Source: Sphagnum compactum (Eukaryota). From it: DNA of 64,000 nucleotides. Made by a program: the position numbers and the translations under genes. Below are positions 26,564 to 37,919 of this stretch, in pieces. The notes beneath the pieces were generated by a model. The model saw only the letters and a list, made by a program, of their open reading frames with translations. It did no database searches and had not been told where the DNA came from. The stretch is from positions 11,646,213 through 11,710,212 of the forward strand of contig OZ234493.1 of the NCBI GenBank assembly GCA_965153455.1. Direction: 5' to 3'. How positions within the stretch are numbered: the stretch's first letter is position 1; each line of letters starts with the position of its first letter.

Positions 26564-27349
26564 TGTTGCAACCCCACTTTGAGGCAAGTGTGAGGATGAA
26601 ACTCACACTCCCAAAAGTGGGAACTTGGAGTCCTCCGGGACTCCCGAAAACTCAGAGCTTGATTGCAAGGGTTAACACCTTGCATTGAGGTGTTCTTTAT
26701 ACCGTTGGAAAGGTCTTGAAGTGTAGATGTCGAAAATGGCCTCGCATGAGCCATTCGGACATCTACAGCACAAGTTATGGTCGAAATAAGGGTCGACAGT
26801 CAAACTGGCAGTTTGACTCCCGACCTCTAAAAGTCGGGAATCGACCCAATCCCGGTGCGTGTAGGTGGAGTGCAACACACCGTTGGAAAGCTCTTGAGGG
26901 GAGCTACAAGATTACTTTAGACATCATCCCAATCAGAGGTATGAGCTGGGAGTTATGAGCTTCCAAAGTCCCGGGAGTCCAAACTGGGACAGTTGCCATT
27001 CGGATGCGGGTGCCGTGGGCGAACGTAGAGAATACTATATGGGGGAAGGTGGTGGCTTTTCCCGAGTTCGGGCCGTGGTGAGTCTTGTGAGTCCAGAGTT
27101 GCCCATGGCTTATCTTAGCACCAAGGGTGCTCCAGAAAGTGAACTAACAAACTTGTTGGTTGGTTTTGATGCAGGTTCGAGTAAGTAAATAAGCTTGTCA
27201 CTCTTCCTAGTCCCATCCTGAGGCTTCAGCACGCCCCTCTACCCCTTTTAATGCCGAAGGCTGGGAGCGTGCCCCGAGTCCCTCACTTTTCCGCAACTTG
27301 AGCAAGTTAACCTCATCGTGGGACTAACTAGGGACTTGGGAGCGCGTCA
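26564..27349 (+). mobile_element. Solo LTR, 786 bp
   Basis: TGTTGC...GCGTCA termini. Exact 5-bp TSD CTTAT (26559-26563 and 27350-27354). GC-rich island in AT-rich flanks. Strand is given only relative to the 41-kb copy. Confidence 0.85.
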
Positions 27350-30300
27350 CTTATAATGTTTAGAAAATTCCAAAGGTGATTATAGCTAAAAGCTTTTCCT
27401 AAAAGTCATGTAAAATGTAAAAATGTTAGATGTTAATTATATTTTAAACCTTACAAATGTTGGGCTAGTGTATTAGTCAACTCTTGAATCAATAATGGTA
27501 TCAATAATGGTATAAAATACCATACTAATAAAAAAACATGGTATCAAATATTCAAATATTCCCTTTAATTATACCCCTAATATTGAATTCCAAAAAATTG
27601 GTGAATATTGTACCAATTTATTTTCATGATTTTGATACCATGTTAATGTTTGATATGAAAGATTCATGTTCCTTTTTCCCATCGTCAATCCTCTACTATG
27701 CATCTTTAGATCTTTACAACACTTATGGCAAATATGATGGCACATTCTTTTTTACGACACATTTTTTTGATAAATGGCACCCAGGCTTTACTTTCAATGA
27801 TGATATGTTACATTTGTGACTCATTGCATAATCAACAAAAGTGTAAGTAAATTATATATTATGTAACCACCTAAACTTGCCCCTAAACTCTTAACTTAAG
27901 CTTTGTGCTTCAAATTTACACTTCAAGTTGGAACTTTCAAGTGATTTTTTTCTCCATATCATATGTTGTGTAATTGGCATTTGCAATAAACATGCCATCT
28001 TTTTTGTTGTCATTCGGTGAATAGTCTTGTTGTGGGTCTTTCTTATTGCCATGGTGGACATTGCAACCATGTTCATGGCTTGAAGATTCTATTGAACTAG
28101 AAATGTTCAAAGCTCAAAGGGGTTTAAGGTTTCAACCTTCCATGTTATATGGATGTTAATACATTCCCAAGTTGTGATTTTGAATAACATGATGGAGAGG
28201 GGGAAATAAAACTTATTGACACTTGTGTGATGAATGATTTTGTGTAATAATTGACATACACTATGAATGTTTGCTACTAAACACGAAACCATTTGGAGTG
28301 CACAATCACAAGACACTAGTAGGAAAACATGGTTTTTTGAATTATAATTCAAGTTGATTGATTAGTCTTTCTTAACTAATGGACATGCACATTTGATTAG
28401 AGGCATGGGGTTCAATGGCATGTGTATGTTTTTACTAATCAACTTGACTAAAGTGACATATTTGATTACCTATCAAGTCACATATCTAGTCAAGTTGGAT
28501 GAAAAAAACGACCACCCTAGTAAAAATGACCAATGGGTTTTAATCAAGTGAAACATTTAATTAAGTTGAACATTAAAAAATGACAATCAAATCGGACATC
28601 GTATGGTATTTAATAAATTGCGCTGTTTACTAGTTAAGTTAATTAGGTGGCCTAGGCCTACCTACCTACCTATTAATTACCTAACCTTTCTACTAACAAA
28701 CATATAGAGCAATGTAAAAAACTTGATGTGAAATTCAAACATATGACAAAAAAATATGACAAAAATTGTTACATTTTGCAAATGTGGTCCATTGGTTTAA
28801 GATTTGGTTTATTATGGTGAAGATTAAAGGTTGAAATGTTAGTACAAATGCAACCCATGTACATGCCTAAGATGTTATATACTTAGGCTAACATCATAAA
28901 CTTCTTGGGCACAATTTGGCAATAATAGGATCATATGAAATATGCATTTTATAGATTTATGTTATTTAGACACAAATGTTGTGTGTCTAAAATAAATATG
29001 AAACATTTATAAATAAGATGCAAGATCTTCTTCCATAGTAATTCCTTGCATCCTATTTATATGTACTTCATACATGTTTTAAATGCACAACATTTGTGAT
29101 TAAATAATTTCAACCTATGAAAAAACATATTGAACACAAAATAACTATTATCAAGTTGTGGCCCAAGAAATTTGTGATGAAGTTAAATAGGTTAATTAAG
29201 TTACATTAGGTTACATAAAAGAAGGTAGGATAAGGTAAGGTAGTGTAAATTAAGCTAGTTTAGTTATGCTACTAGTTATACCTACCCACCTACCACAATT
29301 TTTAAAAAATAATAATCTAAAAAAAAATTATTTTAATTTGGATAAAAATTTGACCAGGGTTGTAAGCACTCAATTAGGAACTACACCCGCCCCTTAAGTC
29401 ATTATGTTTTTCAAAAATGTTCTTGACATCGTTTAAAAAATCTTATTTATTTTTTAAGAAATATTTATTTTTAAAAAATGCTATTATGTTAAATTTTATA
29501 TCAATAATTTGGAAAAAAGTAGGCAAGTATTAAAATTTGCCAAAACATCTAAGTACGATTTTTTTTTACATTGTAAAAATAGTGGTTACAATTGTTTAAA
29601 AAGTCATATTGGTAACTTTTTTCATTAATTTGATTTAAAATTTTAAAAATATTTGTATCAATATATTGAAAATAAAATTATATAAAAAAATTAAATATCA
29701 AATTTCAATTGTTTTAGTACATGTTTGCAAAACTGCACTTTTGGTCGAATGGTCCATTGTGTGTTAATCAAAATAATTCATAAAATTGTCCACTGCTTTA
29801 TTAGTAAGAAGAACCACCCAATCATAATGGACATGTTAAAATCAAAATTTTCCAAAATTTTTGGATTGTTTTTTTTATGCTTATCCAAATGGGCTTTATT
29901 TTAAATTAAACTTTTCAATTAAATAAACCATGTTTTCTATTAGAGAAAGTTGTAACAGAAATAAACTGTTTTGATTTCCTCATCACCATAACACACATTT
30001 TTGAACTTTTTTTGTGATCAACGTCCAAGCTATCCAATGTGTGAAGTCCATCTTGTGCCACCCCATGTGTTAAACATCCTTTGACACCTAGATATGACCA
30101 AGGATTTTTATTTTTTTAAAACAATCTTGTGCATGGCATCACAAATGTGAAAAAATACATTAGTAATGAGCATGTTGTCCTAGTTCCTTGCATACAACAA
30201 TTGAAGGTGGTTTATGAAGTTAGACATGTTGAACAAAAATGGAAGATTAGAAAGATGGTTCTTCCTATTGTAATCACTAGTTTTTGTTCTAGCCATAAAC

Positions 30301-30739
30301 CTTACAAGCACAATGACCTAGGCAACTATAGTTCATAATTGATTAAGTTTTGTTCATTGTTAAAGTGTAATTGTCATTGTTAATGATTGAAAATCCCTTG
30401 TTATAATGCCTTATGATGTCACAATGTGATAGAGTGAAATCTCCATCTTGTAAGTTGTTTGTTTAAGAATATATCCAAATATGTTAATTAAAGCGATGGT
30501 GCAATATGTGTTTCTAGCCATTGCATAATATGGCAAAACAATGCATTTTGAACCAATATAAGGGGCATGGTAATTATTTTTTGATGTTTTATTTGTAATT
30601 TTTCCCCTTTGTCCTATATTATGGGCTAAGTATTAAAGTCAAGTAGTTGTAAACCCATTTTTACAATGTGGGGAATTTGATCAATAGTTGAAACTTTTTA
30701 TATTGTTGAAATGGGTTTTAGGTCATCAATGTGTTGGAC

Positions 30740-31260
30740 TTGTTTCTCACAGTTGTAGTCACCTTCAACCTTGTTGTTACACACAATATGTGTGCTCGAA
30801 AATTACCTCTATGTTTTAAAGATCTTTAATGTGTCATGGAATATGCAAGTAAGGTCATATCAACAAGGCTTATCGTAAAAGACTATGATCAACAAGTCTT
30901 GGTGCCTTTTTTAACAAAGCACTCGAACCCTTGGTGTGCAGCAAGCCCTACCCATTTAGCCTCCATCATGGAAGATTCCTTGTGGGGAGTTGAAGTATTA
31001 GCTAAGGAAACTAATATACATTTTTAATGAAATTGAATTGTCATTATATTGTTGAATTATTATGAGTTGATAATGATATGAAATCACATGAGAAATAGTT
31101 TGCTAATGTTGCAATGTTTTCTCAATAATATTTTAGAATATGGTATTGAAGCTAAAAGGCTTTTTAATGTTGTTGGCATATTGACAAGTATGCAATGTTG
31201 TTGACTAGGGGAGTAGAACTTGGACAAACTAGTGATGATCTTGAAGAACTAGCCAATGAC
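30740..31260 (+). pseudogene. hAT transposase C-terminal relic, including the dimerisation domain
   Basis: HNMCARKLPLCFKDL*CVMEYASKVISTRLIVKDYDQQVLVPFL (cf. LDPRFK), then FANVAMF..IEAKRLFNVVGILTSMQCC*LG..VENLDKLVMILKN (cf. SERxFSxAG..RxRL..ExLxxL). Confidence 0.7.
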
Positions 31261-32328
31261 ATGAAAATGGGATGATTTCAAATATTTCTACTTGGGGATG
31301 GAAGAGTTTTTTCAAGGAGGGCTTATGTGATGGTTACAAGGATGAATGTGAGGAGACAAAATATTGTTCAAACGATTTTCAAAAGCCTTGAAATAGTCTA
31401 TGATGCTTAGTATTTTTCTTTAGTTTAGATATTAAGTCCACGTGTAGGCTCATAGGACATTAAACACGAATATTCAAAACACAAAGACGTTTATTACTAC
31501 AAGTTACAACACTATAACTTTGGATATTTGGTGACTTGCAAGTGACTATGGGTGTTGAAATATGTTTCAACATTTCAATGGTTGATCATGTTTCTTATAT
31601 ATAAGTTTTGGTCAAAATTTTGAATCCCGATGATGATAAAAAGATTTTTCATTTGATTGTGTGCACAATAACCTTAACAAACATACAACATGGTTTATAC
31701 TTCTTGCTAGAGCAACATTCATGTCTCTTTATTTGCATGGCGGATTAAATGGTTGTTGATTATACGTATGCAGGATTTGATTACATAATGACCTTTTTCT
31801 ACATTGGCATTTATCTTTATAAGGTTTTACAAAAACCCTTTAGGCAAGCTTTTTGAATTTGATTAGCATGGTGATATAATTCTAATGGTTAGTGGTTGTG
31901 AGGGGGTTTTTTTTGGTAGGTAGTAAAAAACAAGTGGGGAGGAGATTGGTTATTGGATGGAGAAGAATGGGAAGCAAGATTTGAACTAATAGAGGAGAAG
32001 AATGTGAGTGGATAGATTTCAATAATTGGTTATGAACTTAATGTGAATATGAGAATGAATCATGCAAATTCACATGTGTGATAGGAACATGGAGCTCCAT
32101 AGTAGCCTATGTGTGATAGCTAACTAGTTCACTTCAAAATGCTTTCTTTTCACTACATAGTCCATGAGTGAAATTAACTAGTGGTTTCGCTGAGTTAGAT
32201 GTTACCATCACACCCATATCAAGATCTAAACACTAGGAGTAGGAGACATTGTATTAAATATTGAGGTAAAGTTGTTGAATTGGTAAGTAGAGAATTGCCA
32301 AAAATAATGATAGTGTTTTTTCATGCAT

Positions 32329-32385
32329 AAATTAACTTTGAGCATAACCCAAAACTTAACTTCGGGTTATGCTCAAAGTTAATTT
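32329..32385. other. 22-bp perfect inverted repeat
   Basis: AAATTAACTTTGAGCATAACCC, 13-nt spacer, GGGTTATGCTCAAAGTTAATTT. A further arm copy lies near 32964. Confidence 0.85.
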
Positions 32386-34795
32386 TTTTGAACCCTACAT
32401 ATTAATACCAAATTGGTATTTCAAAATTGTGATATCAAATCACCAACACCATGGTAGACTTAAAACCCAAACCCAATATAAAGGGCTTTAACACTTTTAG
32501 GTTAGTTATAGGGACAAGTTTAATTGACCTTGGTTTTTTCCATGTTGGGTTCAATTTGGGTCTTGCGGTCTTGACCTAGGGTAGGTATTGTGGTGGAATT
32601 TTTTTCATTTAAATCCATTATATATTATTTTAGAAACCAGGTCTGAACATGGATCTAATTGAAAACCTCAAATTGGCCAACACATCAATTTTTCAAAAAA
32701 ATACTTATATTATAATAAAGTAGTAAATAAAAATAATATATTTATCCATAAAGTAGGTGAGTTAGGGGTTCTTGTGTGTTTGAAAACAAATGTGTTTTTG
32801 TTTTAAATTTTGGTTTTTGTTGAACAGTTCTGAATTGTGTGTTGAGATGATAACAAAATGTTGTGAGAGAAAGGCTCTTGGGTTTTGGGTTTGCATGACA
32901 AAGTTTATGGAAAGAAAATGTTGTCATCTCATGGTGAGTTTGAATATTGGTACCCTATGTGGGTAACTTTGAGCATAACTCGAAACTCAACATAAAAAGA
33001 AAAGGTAGGTCTAAAGACATGGATTTTAATAATAACTCAAAACTCAACACGCAAAAAAAAATGTAGGCCTGAAAATAGGGTGGCTTTAAGGTAACTCTAA
33101 TTAGACACTAGAATTGAATAGGAAATTGTCCACATGAAATTAACTAAATCCTGTAATTAGGAAAATGAATTATCCTTGATTTTTATAGCCAAGCATTAAT
33201 GTGTTTGAAACAATTAACATTGTATAGAATTTCAATGATGAGAACACTTGATTTTACTTTTCATTTGTGAAAATTTAAATATCTAAATGTTTTACACGAC
33301 CCTCCAATTTAGTCTTCCAATAATCTAGGTTGAAATGTGACAATAATATTCAAGTTCGACCTATTGTACCATAGTTCAAATATCTAGTCAAACATTCTTA
33401 GATGGTAATTTGAAACATCCACATGTAGGTATTACACAAAGTTCATTAAGAATGTTCCTATATGTAGGTTACAAGCATCCTTATGTTGGTATATCATAGA
33501 AGTCTTTTGCATATCCTAAATCAAAGATAAGCATCTCTCATGTCGATAATGCAAAATTGTCCATGCAAAAAAGTCCACAATGTCCCATGTATGTTGGCTA
33601 GTTCCTAGGTTTTCAAAGGAGCCATTGGTTTTGGGTTTAACCATTTTCATAAAAAGGAAGAAACAATTTCTTATGGGTCTACTAGTTTACAATTAAAACC
33701 ATTAGTTTCAAGGCCAGGTCAAATTTTCTTCATTCCAAGTATTTGTATCTCATGGGTGTTATCTTGATAAAACTCGTTAATTCTGGGTTCAAAGTTGGTT
33801 TTAGGTTTTGGGGTTTTATGGGGGAGAAGATGAGAATTTTAAACTTTTAAAATGTATCACTGAATGATCTAGTTTGGCTTCAAAACAATTTTCCTCCACC
33901 CTAGCCTCAGTAAATGACACCGACACTGACCTCAAGAAAAATTTCCACCTCTTCACAAGCATATTACTCAAGCTCCCACATTTCATGTTCTAGGATTGTG
34001 CATCACTAGAGAATCTTTATTTTCATTCCCTAACTTTTAAGACCAAAAAATAGACTCAACAACTTTTAATCCTCTCCACACAACCCATTTGAATATATAT
34101 AAAAACGATTGAAATTTAGTGTACAACTTTGGTTTTCCTTTCCAACAACAAAAATTAATCCATGTTCATTTAGTTATGGAAATTTGAAAAACTTCCTCAT
34201 GCATACATTACATCAAGTCTAGAACCTTAAAAAAATAGAAACCTAAAAACTAAAGCCTAAACCTTATGTAAACATGCAATTCTAGCCCATACGTAAAAAT
34301 GTCAAGGTCTATGAGTTGAACCTTGTGAAAAAGCTCTTAAAACTAGATGGGCTTGGTTTTAAAGCGGGTCCAAGTCCATGTTAACTAGTTAGTTTTAGTT
34401 CTAAAGTAGGTTTAAGTCTATGTAAACCCACTTGGGTTTGGGTTTTACACCTAAACCAAATGAACATTGGTCCCCACAATTCATACCCTTGCCATTAGCT
34501 TTGACTAAAGATTGTGAAGATCACAACTAAGGATATAAATTCTAGGCATCCAATGAGGTGAAACAAGAGGGCCATTGGTGGGGAAGATGGGGGGAAGGTG
34601 AGGTGATTTTTTGAATTTTAGTGTTCCCAATGTGTTCCGTATGGTTGTCAAGCATGCAAAAAAAAGTTAGAGGCTGGTCCTATATATTTCAATTGAATTA
34701 CTACAATATGTTCCCTTGATGTCAGGCCACTTGAATAACTCATGTCAAAGTGTGATGGTTGTTTGCTTGGATACGGTGTCCACAGCAGTGTTTGA

Positions 34796-35188
34796 TGGTG
34801 TATTCACACTTGATGTTAAGTCAGTGTTAAATGAAAATCCAGGTGGCATCCTATGTGGCACTGAATGTTAAATGGGCAATAACTTAATGTTAAGTGAATG
34901 CTAACTTAACATAAAATGTTCATGGTAAGTAGGTATAATGGTGCATTCACACTTGATGTTAAGTTGGTGTTAAATGAAATTCTAGGTGGCATCCTAGGTG
35001 GCACCCAATGTTAAATGGGCCATAGCTCAATGTTAAGTGAATGTTAGCTTAACATAATTTTTTCATGGCAACCAGGTTTAAGTCCTAAATGGCGAGCCTG
35101 GTGTTGGGGGACTCAACCCTAGAGTCCCTAACACCAAGTGTGAATGCACGTTAAGTCCTAAATGATTAGCATGGTGTTAGGGTACTCT
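34796..35188. mobile_element. Tourist-like MITE, outer 3'-truncated copy interrupted by an inner copy of the same family
   Basis: 34796-34938 aligns to the first part of the inner copy, and 35155-35188 continues the alignment after the inner copy ends. Confidence 0.8.
34939..35151. mobile_element. Complete Tourist-like MITE, 213 bp
   Basis: TIRs TGGTGCATTCACACTTGATGTTA and TAACACCAAGTGTGAATGCACGT. TAA TSD at 34936-34938 and 35152-35154. Confidence 0.88.
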
Positions 35189-35639
35189 ACAGGAGATGCA
35201 AGCATTACTGAAATCAGGCTTGCATTTGACTTGCAGCGTGTGTGCCCTTATTTTGGTAATGTCCTCACCCAGCTCGAGCTTTATCATACACGTAACAACC
35301 TTGGAGAGGTTTCATAGTGGAAATTGAGGGGCACCTTACATTGCACAATTTCTGTTGGCGGCCATCATTAATGGAGCTGGATTGGTAGTGCGGTAATGCT
35401 AGATTTTGCCAATCAATTTGCTTACTGAGGAAGCTAACGAGGTGTGAATGTAATAAGGCAGCAAAGAGGATGGATATTGAGGAGCTGAAATCCCTCAGTT
35501 ATTACTTCAGTGGGTGCATTAAATTTCAACAGAGCAGCTTAGAAATGCATGTAGATTTTGGAAATAATTTGAGTTAGGCTACTCTGAGGAGAACGATCTG
35601 AAGCACATCTTTCATACAGTACATGATGTTTTCTGATCC

Positions 35640-35995
35640 TCACGGTATGCTACTGAATGGGTTCTTTTTAACTTTGAGTGTTGGTACACATCTTGTGAGG
35701 GAATGTAAGCACCTTTGTGTTTCCACTGCTGTTGCAGCATATGTGTGTGCATGAGCTCTTTGTCGTAGGATCTCTTCTTGGAAATTTTGAACAATACAAG
35801 GGCTGATGTCTGTGGCATTTTTCTATTTCTAATGTATGGGTTGATTACACGGGTTTCTACTGAATGGGTATTTTTTTCCCAACCTGAGTGTTATCAGATC
35901 TTGTAAGAAAAGGCAAGCACCTTTGTGTTTCCTCTGCTGCTGCTGCAGCATGTGTGTGTGCTGCATGAGCGTTTTGCAAGGGTCTGATCCCATCT
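35640..35995. repeat. Diverged direct duplication of ~150 bp
   Basis: CACGG..CTACTGAATGGGT..TGAGTGTT..ATCTTGT..AAGCACCTTTGTGTTTCC.CTGCTG..GCAGCAT.TGTGTG..GCATGAGC occurs at ~35640-35780 and ~35848-35995. Confidence 0.8.
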
Positions 35996-36143
35996 CACAG
36001 CCCATGGCTTTGTATTGATGATTGGTTGGGAAAGTGGGTTGTTCATTTTCTTTGCTTTGAATGCTAGTAAGGCCTTTCTTATTCCTTCAGTCCCATCAGT
36101 CTTAGTAAAATACAAATTCAAATTCAGTCTCTGGTGTTGGAGG

Positions 36144-36249
36144 CAAGTGGTGAGTAGTTAGGGTTTAGGGTTTTAGGGAAGTGGCGAGTAGTTAGGGTTT
36201 AGGGTTTTAGGGAAGTGGCGTGTAGTTAGGGTTTAGGGTTTAGGGAAGC
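36144..36249. repeat. Three ~34-bp tandem units containing telo-box/telomere-like TTAGGGTTT motifs
   Basis: (GAAGTGGCGAGTAGTTAGGGTTTAGGGTTTTAGG) x3, about 150 bp upstream of the tRNA. Confidence 0.8.
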
Positions 36250-36398
36250 AGCATGTGTGTGGCTGGCCTGTTGTGGAGAAATTCTTCAACTTGTATTGTG
36301 TATTTGAGTGGGGTCCTTTTTTGGGTGATAGGATGGCAAGAAATATTTCAACTTTTGAACTGTGACTAAATATTACTTGGAGCGGCAGTTGTCCAGCT

Positions 36399-36482
36399 CC
36401 GAGCTTAGCTCAGTTGGTAGAGCGGAGGACTGTAGTAGTGCAGATAATCCTTAGGTCGCTGGTTCGAATCCGGCAGCTCGGA
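36399..36482 (+). tRNA. tRNA-Tyr(GTA) with an 11-nt intron (36436-36446)
   Basis: Acceptor stem CCGAGCT/AGCTCGG plus discriminator A. A-box TAGCTCAGTTGG, anticodon loop CTGTAG, intron TAGTGCAGATA after position 37, B-box GGTTCGAATCC. T-runs follow immediately downstream. Confidence 0.97.
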
Positions 36483-36483
36483 A

Positions 36484-36497
36484 TTTTGGTTTTTTCC
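36484..36497 (+). terminator. RNA polymerase III oligo-T terminator
   Basis: TTTTGGTTTTTT directly after the tRNA 3' end. Confidence 0.7.
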
Positions 36498-37919
36498 TTT
36501 TTCACTTCGCTCTTTTTTTCCTTGCTACTCTTTATTATTACTGGGTTTTTTGTTTTAAAAAATTTCGATTTTAGGAGTTGTATTTCTTTTCGGAGCTTTT
36601 TATGGCTTCCCTCTCGTTTCCTCTTTTACTCAAAAGTGTTGCAAAAAGTTTCCATTCCCTGTTTGTGCCCTAAATTAGGAATGTCTCTTTCTAGCTTGGA
36701 ATGAATGTCCATTTTTATTTGGCAGAATCTTTTCCCTCGTTTATGGTATTGCAAGTTTTTCCACCTTCGAAAATTATAATATTTATTTTGCAGTTGCAAT
36801 ACAAGATATATACATCAAAAAAGATTTTTCACCTTGGAAAATTAGAATATCTATTTTGCAGTTGTAACACTATATATATAGATATACATATATGTGTGTG
36901 TGTGTGTGTGTGAAATTTCAGGGTATTATGTCCATTGTAATTTGGTCAAAATATATTTTCTGTTCATCAATGATATTGAAAATTTTCAACTAGGAAATTT
37001 GCAAAATAGTTGTAAAAAGATGCACACAATATTTTTTTTTTTTCTCTCTCACAAATTGTAAATAATTTTATCAATGGCAAAATGTACATTACCAGGGTGA
37101 ACTAGCACACTCTTATCAACTTTTGGATCTAGTTTTGATCTCTTTTCATCAGGAACATGCACGTATGCAATGCAACCAAACACTCTGGTGCCTCCCTCCC
37201 TAACCCCTAAAGCCTAACCTTGGTAAATCCCATGCATTGTTAGATTTGAACTCACATGTATGGAATATTTATAATATTTAGAAGCAATTTAAGTGAATGG
37301 GAATGTTGGAGGCCAAACACAGGTTTGTGTCGGGATTGACTCACACCTTGCAACTGGACACCAAGTGACCCAACATCATGGCATGGCATGGCATGGCATG
37401 TTGTGATTTTCACATTCATTACTGAAATAAGGATTTAGAATAATAAATAATACTAATAATAATGCTAATAATATAACATAATTTTTTGCTAAATTAAAAT
37501 TTTTATCTCTTCCCAAATTTTTTTTTCAAAAATTCATTATAGTCCCCTCTAGTGTCAAATTCTTAAATTGTGGAGGTCGTTGGATTCCTGCTGTGAAGAG
37601 TGATATTTGTGGGCAAAATCAGCAAGCAAAACTTTGAGGAATTTTTATTTTTAAATTCTTCCCATTCTAGAGGTTGTTCATAGGCACAAGGTGCAATTGG
37701 AAGTTGGAACTTATGTAACAAGTCTTTCGCAATCACATTCTTGAGCAACACCAAACTAGGAGACTATTTAAGCTTTGTTTTAAGCACACGTCTTTAGACA
37801 TACTTGGTGGAGGTGTTAGGAGTGTGTTCTTTTTTGAATCGCATGTGTTTTCTCCCAAACCCTTATTAGTTAGTCCACATGAGAAACAAACATCCTCCAT
37901 CATCCACCACATCTAGTCT

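Noticed and set aside
26560-27188. Four overlapping short ORFs
   Set aside because: They lie within the GC-rich solo LTR and show no coding signature.
27640-28450. Suspected transposase relic
   Set aside because: No recognisable motif in the frames I translated.
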